From the NCBI RefSeq assembly GCF_009914755.1, contig NC_060941.1: a DNA stretch of 64,000 bases; one strand, given 5' to 3'. The stretch comes from the human T2T-CHM13v2.0 reference genome, Homo sapiens. A program made the position numbers and the translations under genes. Of the stretch, positions 27,601-41,975 are shown one piece after another (the stretch's first letter is position 1; each line of letters opens with the position of its first letter). The notes beneath the pieces are model-generated. The model was not told the DNA's origin. It saw only the letters and a list, made by a program, of their open reading frames with translations, and did no database searches.

Positions 27601-30600
27601 ACGTAAGTATAAACTCACATTCAGGTTCCTCACTATTACAGCGAGAAGTTACAGATAAAAAATAGGGAAGCCTAGAATGATCTCTGTCATAATGAGTCAG
27701 AATATATATATACAACGTAAGTATAAACTCACATTCAGGTTCCTCACTATTACAGCGAGAAGTTACAGATAAAAAATAGGGAAGCCTAGAATGATCTCTG
27801 TCATAATGAGTCAGAATATATATATACAACGTAAGTATAAACTCACATTCAGGTTCCTCACTATTACAGCGAGAAGTTACAGATAAAAAATAGGGAAGCC
27901 TAGAATGATCTCTGTCATAATGAGTCAGAATATATATATACAACGTAAGTATAAACTCACATTCAGGTTCCTCACTATTACAGCGAGAAGTTACAGATAA
28001 AAAATAGGGAAGCCTAGAATGATCTCTGTCATAATGAGTCAGAATATATATATACAACGTAAGTATAAACTCACATTCAGGTTCCTCACTATTACAGCGA
28101 GAAGTTACAGATAAAAAATAGGGAAGCCTAGAATGATCTCTGTCATAATGAGTCAGAATATATATATACAACGTAAGTATAAACTCACATTCAGGTTCCT
28201 CACTATTACAGCGAGAAGTTACAGATAAAAAATAGGGAAGCCTAGAATGATCTCGGTCATAATGAGTCAGAATATATATATACAACGTAAGTATAAACTC
28301 ACATTCAGGTTCCTCACTATTACAGTGGGAAGTTACAGATAAAAAATAGGGAAGCCTAGAATGATCTCTGTCATAATGAGTCAGAATGTATATATACAAC
28401 GTAAGTATAAACTCACATTCAGGTTCCTCACTATTACAGCGAGAAGTTACAGATAAAAAATAGGGAAGCCTAGAATGATCTCTGTCATAATGAGTCAGAA
28501 TGTATATATACAACGTAAGTATAAACTCACATTCAGGTTCCTCACTATTACAGCGAGAAGTTACAGATAAAAAATAGGGAAGCCTAGAATGATCTCTGTC
28601 ATAATGAGTCAGAATATATATATACAACGTAAGTATAAACTCACATTCAGGTTCCTCACTATTACAGTGAGAAGTTACAGATAAAAAATAGGGAAGCCTA
28701 GAATGATCTCTGTCATAATGAGTCAGAATATATATATACAACGTAAGTATAAACTCACATTCAGGTTCCTCATTATTACAGCGAGAAGTTACAGATAAAA
28801 AATAGGGAAGCCTAGAATGATCTCTGTCATAATGAGTCAGAATGTATATATACAACGTAAGTATAAACTCACATTCAGGTTCCTCACTATTACAGCGAGA
28901 AGTTACAGATAAAAAATAGGGAAGCCTAGAATGATCTCTGTCATAATGAGTCAGAATATATATATACAACGTAAGTATAAACTCACATTCAGGTTCCTCA
29001 TTATTACAGTGAGAAGTTACAGATAAAAAATAGGGAAGCCTAGAATGATCTCGGTCATAATGAGTCAGAATGTATATATACAACGTAAGTATAAACTCAG
29101 ATTCAGGTTCCTCACTATTACAGCGAGAAGTTACAGATAAAAAATAGGGAAGCCTAGAATGATCTCTGTCATAATGAGTCAGAATATATATATACAACGT
29201 AAGTATAAACTCACATTCAGGTTCCTCACTATTACAGCGAGAAGTTACAGATAAAAAATAGGGAAGCCTAGAATGATCTCGGTCATAATGAGTCAGAATG
29301 TATATATACAACGTAAGTATAAACTCAGATTCAGGTTCCTCACTATTACAGCGAGAAGTTACAGATAAAAAATAGGGAAGCCTAGAATGGTCTCTGTCAT
29401 AATGAGTCAGAATATATATATACAACGTAAGTATAAACTCACATTCAGCTTCCTCACTATTACAGCGAGAAGTTACAGATAAAAATAGGGAAGCCTAGAA
29501 TGGTCTCTGTCATAATGAGTCAGAATATATATATACAACGTAAGTATAAACTCACATTCAGGTTCCTCACTATTACAGTGAGAAGTTACAGATAAAAAAT
29601 AGGGAAGCCTAGAATGGTCTCTGTCATAATGAGTCAGAATATATATATACAACGTAAGTATAAACTCACATTCAGGTTCCTCACTATTACAGCGAGAAGT
29701 TACAGATAAAAAATAGGGAAGCCTAGAATGGTCTCTGTCATAATGAGTCAGAATATATATATACAACGTAAGTATAAACTCACATTCAGGTTCCTCACTA
29801 TTACAGTGAGAAGTTACAGATAAAAAATAGGGAAGCCTAGAATGGTCTCTGTCATAATGAGTCAGAATATATATATACAACGTAAGTATAAACTCACATT
29901 CAGGTTCCTCACTATTACAGCGAGAAGTTACAGATAAAAAATAGGGAAGCCTAGAATGGTCTCTGTCATAATGAGTCAGAATATATGTATACAACGTAAG
30001 TATAAACTCACATTCAGGTTCCTCACTATTACAGTGAGAAGTTACAGATAAAAAATAGGGAAGCCTAGAATGATCTCTGTCATAATGAGTCAGAATATAT
30101 ATATACAACGTAAGTATAAACTCACATGCAGGTTCCTCACTATTACAGCGAGAAGTTACAGATAAAAAATAGGGAAGCCTAGAATGATCTCGGTCATAAT
30201 GAGTCAGAATATATATATACAACGTAAGTATAAACTCACATTCAGGTTCCTCACTATTACAGTGAGAAGTTACAGATAAAAAATAGGGAAGCCTAGAATG
30301 ATCTCTGTCATAATGAGTCAGAATATATATATACAACGTAAGTATAAACTCACATTCAGGTTCCTCACTATTACAGCGAGAAGTTACAGATAAAAAATAG
30401 GGAAGCCTAGAATGATCTCGGTCATAATGAGTCAGAATATATATATACAACGTAAGTATAAACTCACATTCAGGTTCCTCACTATTACAGCGAGAAGTTA
30501 CAGATAAAAAATAGGGAAGCCTAGAATGATCTCTGTCATAATGAGTCAGAATATATATATACAACGTAAGTATAAACTCACATTCAGGTTCCTCACTATT

Positions 30601-33600
30601 ACAGCGAGAAGTTACAGATAAAAAATAGGGAAGCCTAGAATGATCTCGGTCATAATGAGTCAGAATATATATATACAACGTAAGTATAAACTCACATTCA
30701 GGTTCCTCACTATTACAGCGAGAAGTTACAGATAAAAAATAGGGAAGCCTAGAATGATCTCGGTCATAATGAGTCAGAATATATATATACAACGTAAGTA
30801 TAAACTCACATTCAGGTTCCTCACTATTACAGCGAGAAGTTACAGATAAAAAATAGGGAAGCCTAGAATGATCTCGGTCATAATGAGTCAGAATATATAT
30901 ATACAACGTAAGTATAAACTCACATTCAGGTTCCTCACTATTACAGCGAGAAGTTACAGATAAAAAATAGGGAAGCCTAGAATGGTCTCTGTCATAATGA
31001 GTCAGAATATATATATACAACGTAAGTATAAACTCACATTCAGGTTCCTCACTATTACAGTGAGAAGTTACAGATAAAAAATACGGAAGCCTAGAATGAT
31101 CTCGGTCATAATGAGTCAGAATATATATATACAACGTAAGTATAAACTCACATTCAGGTTCCTCACTATTACAGCGAGAAGTTACAGATAAAAAATAGGG
31201 AAGCCTAGAATGATCTCTGTCATAATGAGTCAGAATATATATATACGACGTAAGTATAAACTCACATTCAGGTTCCTCACTATTACAGCGAGAAGTTACA
31301 GATAAAAAATAGGGAAGCCTAGAATGATCTCTGTCATAATGAGTCAGAATATATATATACAACGTAAGTATAAACTCACATTCAGGTTCCTCACTATTAC
31401 AGTGAGAAGTTACAGATAAAAAATAGGGAAGCCTAGAATGATCTCTGTCATAATGAGTCAGAACGTATATATACAACGTAAGTATAAACTCACATTCAGG
31501 TTCCTCATTATTACAGCGAGAAGTTACAGATAAAAAATAGGGAAGCCTAGAATGATCTCGGTCATAATGAGTCAGAATATATATATACAACGTAAGTATA
31601 AACTCACATTCAGGTTCCTCACTATTACAGCGAGAAGTTACAGATAAAAAATAGGGAAGCCTAGAATGATCTCTGTCATAATGAGTCAGAATATATATAT
31701 ACAACGTAAGTATAAACTCACATGCAGGTTCCTCACTATTACAGCGAGAAGTTACAGATAAAAAATAGGGAAGCCTAGAATGATCTCGGTCATAATGAGT
31801 CAGAATATATATATACAACGTAAGTATAAACTCACATTCAGGTTCCTCACTATTACAGCGAGAAGTTACAGATAAAAAATAGGGAAGCCTAGAATGATCT
31901 CGGTCATAATGAGTCAGAATATATATATACAACGTAAGTATAAACTCACATTCAGGTTCCTCACTATTACAGCGAGAAGTTACAGATAAAAAATAGGGAA
32001 GCCTAGAATGATCTCTGTCATAATGAGTCAGAATATATATATACAACGTAAGTATAAACTCACATTCAGGTTCCTCACTATTACAGCGAGAAGTTACAGA
32101 TAAAAAATAGGGAAGCCTAGAATGATCTCTGTCATAATGAGTCAGAATATATATATACAACGTAAGTATAAACTCACATTCAGGTTCCTCACTATTATAG
32201 TGAGAAGTTACAGATAAAAAATAGGGAAGCCTAGAATGATCTCTGTCATAATGAGTCAGAATATATATATACAACGTAAGTATAAACTCACATTCAGGTT
32301 CCTCACTATTACAGTGAGAAGTTACAGATAAAAAATAGGGAAACCTAGAATGATCTCTGTCATAATGAGTCAGAATATATATATACAACGTAAGTATAAA
32401 CTCACATTCAGGTTCCTCACTATTACAGCGAGAAGTTACAGATAAAAAATAGGGAAGCCTAGAATGATCTCGGTCATAATGAGTCAGAATATATATATAC
32501 AACGTAAGTATAAACTCACATTCAGGTTCCTCACTATTACAGCGAGAAGTTACAGATAAAAAATAGGGAAGCCTAGAATGATCTCTGTCATAATGAGTCA
32601 GAATATATATATACAACGTAAGTATAAACTCACATTCAGGTTCCTCACTATTACAGCGAGAAGTTACAGATAAAAAATAGGGAAGCCTAGAATGATCTCT
32701 GTCATAATGAGTCAGAATGTATATATACAACGTAAGTATAAACTCACATTCAGGTTCCTCACTATTACAGTGAGAAGTTACAGATAAAAAATAGGGAAGC
32801 CTAGAATGATCTCTGTCATAATGAGTCAGAATATATATATACAACGTAAGTATAAACTCACATTCAGGTTCCTCACTATTACAGCGAGAAGTTACAGATA
32901 AAAAATAGGGAAGTCTAGAATGATCTCGGTCATAATGAGTCAGAATGTATATATACAACGTAAGTATAAACTCACATTCAGGTTCCTCACTATTACAGTG
33001 AGAAGTTACAGATAAAAAATAGGGAAGCCTAGAATGATCTCGGTCATAATAAGTCAGAATATATATATACAACGTAAGTATAAACTCACATTCAGGTTCC
33101 TCACTATTACAGTGAGAAGTTACAGATAAAAAATAGGGAAGCCTAGAATGATCTCGGTCATAATGAGTCAGAATATATATATACAACGTAAGTATAAACT
33201 CACATTCAGGTTCCTCACTATTACAGCGAGAAGTTACAGATAAAAAATAGGGAAGCCTAGAATGATCTCTGTCATAATGAGTCAGAATATATATATACAA
33301 CGTAAGTATAAACTCACATTCAGGTTCCTCACTATTACAGTGAGAAGTTACAGATAAAAAATAGGGAAGCCTAGAATGATCTCTGTCATAATGAGTCAGA
33401 ATATATATATACAACGTAAGTATAAACTCACATTCAGGTTCCTCACTATTACAGTGAGAAGTTACAGATAAAAAATAGGGAAGCCTAGAATGGTCTCTGT
33501 CATAATGAGTCAGAATATATATATACAACGTAAGTAGAAACTCACATTCAGGTTCCTCACTATTACATCGAGAAGTTACAGATAAAAAATAGGGAAGCCT

Positions 33601-33662
33601 AGAATGGTCTCTGTCATAATGAGTCAGAATATATATATACAACGTAAGTATAAACTCACATT
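15651..33662. repeat. 114-bp tandem array, 158 copies (18,012 bp)
   Basis: Unit caggttcctcactattacagcgagaagttacagataaaaaatagggaagcctagaatgatctcggtcataatgagtcagaatatatatatacaacgtaagtataaactcacatt. 18012/114 = 158, and the ORF track shows 38-aa periodicity. Confidence 0.99.
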
Positions 33663-34358
33663 TAGCTTAACATATACATAGATGGTTCCACATAGAAACC
33701 TTTATAATTAAGTGGGTACATATAAGTTAGAAGACACACATATATTTCTTTGCACTGTCAGCTGTAAGTGTCATGATGCAATGACCACATTTAGTGGCCA
33801 GATGTAAGTTTTTCATACCATTCTCTAACAAAAGAAATCAGGGCTATTAGAAGAAATAGCTGAAACTAGGACTGGGACAGAAAATATATGAGCCAGGGTA
33901 CTTTTGAAGTAACAGAAATAAATTATAAAAAAAAAACATGAAATTATGTAAAAGGAGCCAGTGGAAAGAGCTACCAATGGCCACAGGTATGAACAAAGAG
34001 CAACAAAATACTGTATAATTAGATAACAACCAAAAGATTAAAGTAACTATCTGTGGACCCATACTGGTATAAATAAATGATTAAACAGATATGCAAATGG
34101 ACTGAATAGAAATCTCTTACACAGAAGAATTCCAAATACCTGATATAGACAGCCATCAAGGAGGTGGGGCTAACTCCCCACTCCTTTAAGTATGAGCTCT
34201 GCATGATGACTTCCTCCAAAAGCATACATACAATATAGACATGGGAAAAAAGTAACTTCACAGTGAAAAACCTGAAAACACTGCCTCAACCAAGTGATAA
34301 AAGTTAACATTAATGGTGATAACACATCTTGAGAGCATGAAGTGACTAGACTAGCACT

Positions 34359-34973
34359 TGCAAACCAAAAATAAAATTCAAAGATCTTTCCCACAACCAC
34401 CTCTCCACCAGGGGACACCAAAGTTAACCTGGAAGACTGGTTCAGGCTATGATGGGAAAGAGGTGGTCAGACATGCCTCATTATGCCCTCCTCCCTTTTG
34501 GAATTCAGGAAAAGCCAATCAGCATTTAACATCAACACAACCTTAAATCTGATAAGAAACATTTACAATCTATTCTCTCTGAAGCCTGCTACCTGGAAGC
34601 TTCATCTCCATGATAAAACCTTGGCCTCCATAACCCCTTATCATAACCCAGACACTCCTTTCTATTGATAGTAAGTCTTTCAACAAACTGCCAATCAGAA
34701 AAATTTTAAGTGTACCTATAACCTGGAAGCCCCACCCCACCCTAATCCACTGGCTTGTCCCACCTTTCTGGACCGAACCAATATATATCTTAAATACACT
34801 TGATTGATGTCTCCTACCTCCCTAAAATGTATAGAACCAACCTGCACCCCAACGACCTTGGGCACATGTTCTCAGGGTCTCCTGAGGGCTGTGTCAAGGG
34901 CCATGGTCACTCATATTTGGCTCAGAATACATCTCTTCAAATATTTTACAGTCTTTGACTCTTTTTGTGGACA
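34359..34973 (+). mobile_element. Solo ERV1 LTR, MER4E-like
   Basis: TG...CA termini with a 4-bp TSD (CACT on both sides). The start tgcaaaccaaaaataaaattc and the end cttcaaatattttacag match the MER4E group as recalled. Confidence 0.8.
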
Positions 34974-35295
34974 CACTACACATCTGCTCTGCTTCCCCCA
35001 AACCCCTAAACCCAGGCTGAATATGAGAAAAACCCCAAGTAAACCACAATGGAGGACATTCTACACAATACCTGACCAATCCTCCTAACACTGTTCCAGG
35101 TCCTCAGAAGTAAAGTCTGAGAGACTGTCACAGCCAAGAAGAGCCTGACATGATGACTAAATGTCCTATGGGATCCTAGGTAGGATCCTGGGAGAGAAAA
35201 AGGCAGAACTAAGGGAAACCAAATAAGATGTGAGCTTATTTAATAATATAGTAATATCCAGTCATTAAGTATGACAAGAAATGATGTAAGATGTT

Positions 35296-35649
<354 letters not shown>

Positions 35650-36442
35650 CTAGGTTGCGTCTACATGGGAAATCTGCATTTTCTTCCCAATTTCTGTATG
35701 AATCTAAAACTAATTTAAAATAAAACCTCTATTTAAAAATTGTAATTTTTTTCAGATATCTGCTAAATTATTTGTACTAAAAATTAGTAATTGACAGTAA
35801 CTACTCCTACTTTTAAAAATAAGAGCATTCATGATACTGCAAAGTAAATTATACAGACTAATATATACTTTCAAAGAAATGCCCCTTTTACATGTTTTAT
35901 GTTAAGATAACATATATGTGTAAACATGGTCATATCATTTTTCTTATGGTGTAGTTCACTCTCTAAGAAAGCTGGTCATCTTAGAACCAGGGAAAAAAAT
36001 TCACATTTTGGAGACTATTTCAATTTATGGCTGGACATTTTCAAAGTATGACTTTGTGAAAAAAAAAAAAGTTCAAATTGATTCATTGTGACTGGATCAC
36101 TTATTCTAATGAATGCTTGTCTTTATTTTGTTTCCCAGCATTCCTTTCAGCTACGATACAACAGAAGCAAATATTTGCCACTGGAAAAAATATTCAAAGA
36201 CACTCTTAGGTTAATCTATAGCTGATGACAGTCAGTCTAGTCTACATAGCAAGCAGCTTCAAGATATGATTACTTAGCTAAGCGGGAAATGGGACGTGAC
36301 TGCTGCCTCATTCCCACGCCTCTCTGGACCTGATAATTTAGAGGAAGCTCACATTCGCAAGATAAAAATTTTCTTTTCTTTCTCAGTATTAAATATGCTG
36401 TCACAGTAGAAGAAAGCTTTACTGACTTCTTAAATGATGTGT

Positions 36443-37033
36443 TGAGACCGGAAACCTAAAACGATAGTTACTGAGAATAGTGCTAATGCCCTAAGACCGG
36501 AACCCTAAAATGATAGTCACTGAGAATAGTGCTAATGCCCTAAGACCGGAACCCTAAAATGATAGTTACTGAGAATAGTGCTAATGCCCTAAGACCGGAA
36601 CCCTAAAATGATAGTTACTGAGAATACTGCTAATGCCCTAAGACCGGAACCCTAAAATGATAGTCACTGAGAATAGTGCTAATGCCCTAAGACCGGAACC
36701 CTAAAATGATAGTCACTGAGAATAGTGCTAATGCCCTAAGACCGGAACCCTAAAATGATAGTCACTGAGAATACCGCTAATGCCCTAAGACCGGAACCCT
36801 AAAATGATAGTCACTGAGAATACTGCTAATGCCCTAAGACCGGAACCCTAAAATGATAGTCACTGAGAATAGTGCTAATGCCCTAAGACCGGAACCCTAA
36901 AATGATAGTCACTGAGAATACTGCTAATGCCCTAAGACCGGAACCCTAAAATGATAGTTACTGAGAATACTGCTAATGCCCTAAGACCGGAACCCTAAAA
37001 TGATAGTTACTGAGAATACCGCTAATGCCCTAA
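36443..37033. repeat. 49-bp tandem array (~12 copies) at the 5' end of a probable LTR (~36440-37442)
   Basis: Unit taagaccggaaccctaaaatgatagtcactgagaatagtgctaatgccc. The LTR call rests only on a TG start, an AATAAA near 37421 and a CA end. Confidence 0.92.
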
Positions 37034-37499
37034 GGTTTTAGTCACACCCTCACCTAGGCAGGAACCCAACCAAAAGGGGAGAACTGTGGAACAAACTACG
37101 GGAGGTCATTGTTTCGGTCACCACTCCCGCACTAGGCCACACTGAGCAGGCAAAACCAGAATGGAGACACTCACGCTGAATGACACACAACGAAGCTGAA
37201 ACTCTAAGGAAGTAGATAGATCCCAAAAGAGCTCCCTTTTTCCCTGAAGAGATTCCAGTCTACCTGAGTCAGCATAAAGAAGTCCCCTCTGCTTTAATTC
37301 TTACCAAAACAAGTAACTTGAAGTAATCTGATATTAACAAATCAGTTGTTATTTTCTATTGCTCTATTTCCGCCTTACACAACACAGTGTTCTGCTATTG
37401 CCCAGAGGGCACTGAGACCAAATAAAACTTGAAAATGCCACACTGAAAGCAAATAAGTCCTAATAACTCAACTTACAACGATAACAAAGAGTGACACCA

Positions 37500-38311
<812 letters not shown>

Positions 38312-38857
38312 GTTGTGCCCTACAAAAGACATTAAGCTGAAATTAATTAAAAATCATTTACGGTCATGATTAGGTCATAAAAAATTGTCAAACATAACAA
38401 TTCTTCAAAAAAAGCTAAAAAGTATATTTTAAAAATATTGTTGATGGAAAAAAGAGTGCAAAAGTAGATAGGAAAATTATGTACAAAACTAAAAACAGAG
38501 GAGAAATTAAAAGTCAAATAATTGCATCAAACTGGAAACCTAGAAAAAATGGGTGATTTCCTAGTAAAAATACACATTAACAAAATGGGCCCTGAAATAA
38601 GGCAACTATGAATATACCAATTAGCATAGAAAAGCTAAGAAAGGTCCTTAAAGATCTCCCAGTGGAAAAAGGCCCCAGGACCATCTGGGTCCATAGCTTA
38701 GTGTAAGCTGACTTAACTAAATGTGATTTTACACTCGTGCATTGCATACATATGATGGTGGTCCCATGAGATAAAAATGGAGCTGAAAAATTCCTTCCTA
38801 GCCATCTTGTCATAAGCTCATGGCTCAACGCATTACCTTTTCTCTGTTCTGATACCA

Positions 38858-39417
38858 TGAAAGGAAAATAAATCTCAGGACCCCCAAATCACTAAGCCAA
38901 GGGAAAAGTCAAGCTGGGAGCTATGTCAGGCAAACCTGCCCTCATTCTATTCCTAACTAAGATAGCTACAAAGATAAAAAGCTACATACCTCACTCACAA
39001 TTTGCCCACAAAGAATTTCCTTTTGGACAAAGGACAGACAGCACTCAAAGTCATCCCTCACCTGAGACAGATGCATATCTGATTGCTTCCTCTGCCCTAT
39101 TATTTATGTAAAAATGCAGATTCATTGAGCCAGACTAAATTGTGTATTCAGTGGAAGGCTGATGAAGGATTCAAAAGAATGCAACCTTTTGTCTCTAACC
39201 TACTTCTGACCTGGAAGCACCCCCACTTCCTGCTTCCAGTTGTCCCGCCTTACTGGGCCAAATGACTGTACATCTTACACGTCTCATGTATCCCTAAAAT
39301 GTACAAAAGCAAGCTCTACCCTGGCCACCTTGGACACACGTCGTCAGGACCTCCTGAGGCTGTGTCATGGTCGTGTCCTTAATCTTGGCAAAATAAGCTT
39401 TCTAAATTGACTGAGAC
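38858..39417 (+). mobile_element. MER4A-like LTR truncated at its 3' end
   Basis: Starts tgaaaggaaaataaatctcaggaccccc. Ends abruptly at ...ctaaattgactgagac, short of a terminal CA. Confidence 0.75.
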
Positions 39418-40300
39418 GCGGCGCGCCGGCGCAGGCGCACAGAGGCGCGGCGCGCGGGCGCCGGCGCACAGTGGCGCGTCCCCTGGGGGGCGGGGGGAGG
39501 CGCGGCGCAGGCGCAGAGACGCACGTCGTTAGGCTGTGGGTTTGGGGGGAGGTGGGTGGTGCAGACGCAGAGTCACGCGCCACCGGAATGAGAGCGCGGG
39601 GGTGGAGCGTTGTAGGCGCAGAGACGCACGTCCCCGGGGGCGCGGCGCAGAGACGGGTTGAACCTCAGTAATCCAAAAAGCCGGGCTCGGGCGCCCCCTG
39701 CTTGCAGCCGGGCACTACAGGACCCGCTTGCCCGCGGTGCTGTCCCAGTGCGCCCCCTGCTAGCGACTAGGGCAACTGCAGGGCCCTCTTGCTTACAGTG
39801 GTGGCCAGCGCCCCCTGCTGGCGCCGGGGCACTGCAGGGCTCTCTCGCTCGCAATATAGTGGCGGCACGCCGCCTGCAGGCAGCTAGGGACGTTGCAGGG
39901 CCCTCTTGCTCACAGTGTAGTGGCCGCACGCCCGCCTGCTGGCAGATGGGGACACTGCCAGGCCCTCTTGCTTGCAGTGTAGTCGGGGCACGCCCTCTTC
40001 TGGCCGCTGGGGGCACGACAGGATCCTCTTGCTCACAGTGTAGTGGCAGCACGACCCCTGCTGGCAACCAGGGCACTGCATGGTCCTCTTGCTCATGGTG
40101 TGGTGCCCGTACGCCGCCTGCTGGCAGCTGAGGACACTGCAGGGCCCTCTTGCTCACAGTGTAGTCGTCGTACGCCCCCTGCTGGCAGCTGGGGACACTG
40201 CCGGAGCCTATTGCTGTCGGTGTCGTGGCAGCACGCCACCTGCGGGCAGATGGGGACTAGGCAGGGCACTCTTGGTCCCGGTGTGACGGCCTCCTGCACC
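39413..40300. repeat. TAR1 telomere-associated repeat / CpG island (29-bp and 61-bp units) with CTCF motifs, internal and truncated
   Basis: 29-bp-type unit gcgcgccggcgcaggcgcacagaggcgcg and 61-bp units gcagggccctcttgctcacagtgtagtggc...ctgctggcagct. CTCF-type gcgccccctgct(t/a/g)gc at 39691, 39750 and 39808. Confidence 0.92.
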
Positions 40301-41790
40301 ACTAAAGTCAGAGCGCCAGTTATTAAGCCCCATCAGTTCTGTAAATTCAAACTGAAACGGAGCTATTACTGGGGAGAGCTGATGTCCCAGTTCTTGTTTA
40401 ACTTGGAAGAAACATTTTCACCAAGAGGCAGTACAAAGATGGCAGATAACTTCATTGAAAAGAAACACAGTGTAAAGAGTTTATTGTAGAAAAATAGGGA
40501 GGAGTGGGCTGAGCGTGCATTAAAACAGCCTAAGAGTCCTGTGCAGGGAATTTTATTTTGGATTTCTTCACATTCCTGCCTCTGTCTCTAGTCTCCACCT
40601 GTTTTCTTTGTCTGGTTTTCCTGCTACTGCCTTAGCTCCCCAACTTGCCCCACTTAGGCTTGTGGGACCTCCTCACTGTTGGTTGAGGTACATGTGTGGT
40701 GATCAATACGAATCCACTCTGGCAGCAGCCTCCATCCCGCCATCCCAGGCACGCTGACAGCGATCACGTTTGTACCTACTGCGCCTGCCTCTTTTGAATG
40801 TCCTTCTCTGCCCTAATCTGTACTTATGGTGCCAGGTTTCTCTTAAGAATGTCCCCTTTGGCCTTATCAGCATGTAGCTAGCAATATTCTGACATTTTTA
40901 TTGCAGAGTGAATGATTGGGGCATCTTCAGAGGAGTTCTAGAGTGTTTCTTTCTGCATAGGTACCTCTTTTCCCTCCTACCCACAATTGACAAGTGCCCA
41001 TCCACTCCAGCACTAGAGATGCTACTAATATGTGAATTTTTGGTGGTCCCTCCAGGTGAGCCTTCCCAGACTTTCCCTTTTCCAGGAGGCCCCCTCCTGT
41101 TCATGTCTAGCTACCTATCTACTCTAACAAAGCCCACTATCCTGTGTCTTTCCCAAAAATAGTGAGGGAACGATTAATTGGAAACCATAAGAAATGATAT
41201 GGATATAGACGAAAACTTTACAACTTACACAAATAATCACTCAAAATCATCCTTACACTAAAAATGCAAAACTATACAATTTCTAGAAGAAACAATAGAA
41301 GAAAAGCTATCTGCCTTTGGGTTTGGTAATGAATTTTAACAAATGACACAAAAGGTAGATATACACAAAAGAAGTGACAGTGTGGATTTCTTAATATTTA
41401 AAGTTTATACTCTGGAAGAGACCTTGTTAAGAGAACAAAAAGACAAGCCACATATTGAAGAAAATATTTGCAAAATACACATCTGAGAAAGAATTTGTCT
41501 TCAAAATATATAAAAAATTATTAAAACTAAACAATAAGTTAAACAGCCCAACTAAAAATGCACACACATCTGAACAGACACCTCACCAAAGAAGATCTAC
41601 AGATGGCAAGTAAACACATTGAAACCACAATGTGGTTACAATTGAAAACCACAATGAGATAGCACAGCTGGTCTATATCTGTTAGAATTGCTAAACTCTT
41701 TTAAAAATGACAAATTGCTGAAGGAAAAACAAGAACTCTTTTCATTGCCAGTGGAACACAGCGTATAAGACCAAAATACGCCACCCCAAA
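40300..41790. mobile_element. LTR fragment (~40300-41160) followed by an L1MA fragment (~41160-41760) and the first ~30 bp of a MER34-like LTR
   Basis: L1 motifs ctagaagaaacaatagaagaaaagct and tctgaacagacacctcaccaaagaagat. gaccaaaatacgccaccccaaa resembles a MER34-type start. Confidence 0.55.
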
Positions 41791-41791
41791 A

Positions 41792-41975
41792 CCTAACCCT
41801 AACCCTAACCCCTAACCCTAACCCTAACCCTAACCCTAACCCCTAACCCTAACCCTAACCCCTAACCCCTAACCCTTACCGGTGACCCTACTGTATCCCT
41901 AACTCCTAACCAACGTTGATCCCTAACCCTAAACCCCTTACTGTAACTATAATCTTCATCCCACCCTATCCCTAG
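41792..41975 (-). repeat. Interstitial telomeric sequence 1
   Basis: About 14 CCCTAA/CCCCTAA units to ~41877, then degenerate units. Same orientation as the terminal array. Confidence 0.95.

Noticed and set aside
15493-33642. Minus-strand ORFs up to 1389 aa with a 38-aa repeat
   Set aside because: The 114-bp unit is divisible by 3. Frames are broken by random indels and stops, starts are TTG, and the sequence is antisense L1 3' UTR.
39365-40489. Ala/Arg/Gly-rich ORFs over TAR1
   Set aside because: GC-rich repeats are depleted of stop codons, and no domain is recognisable.
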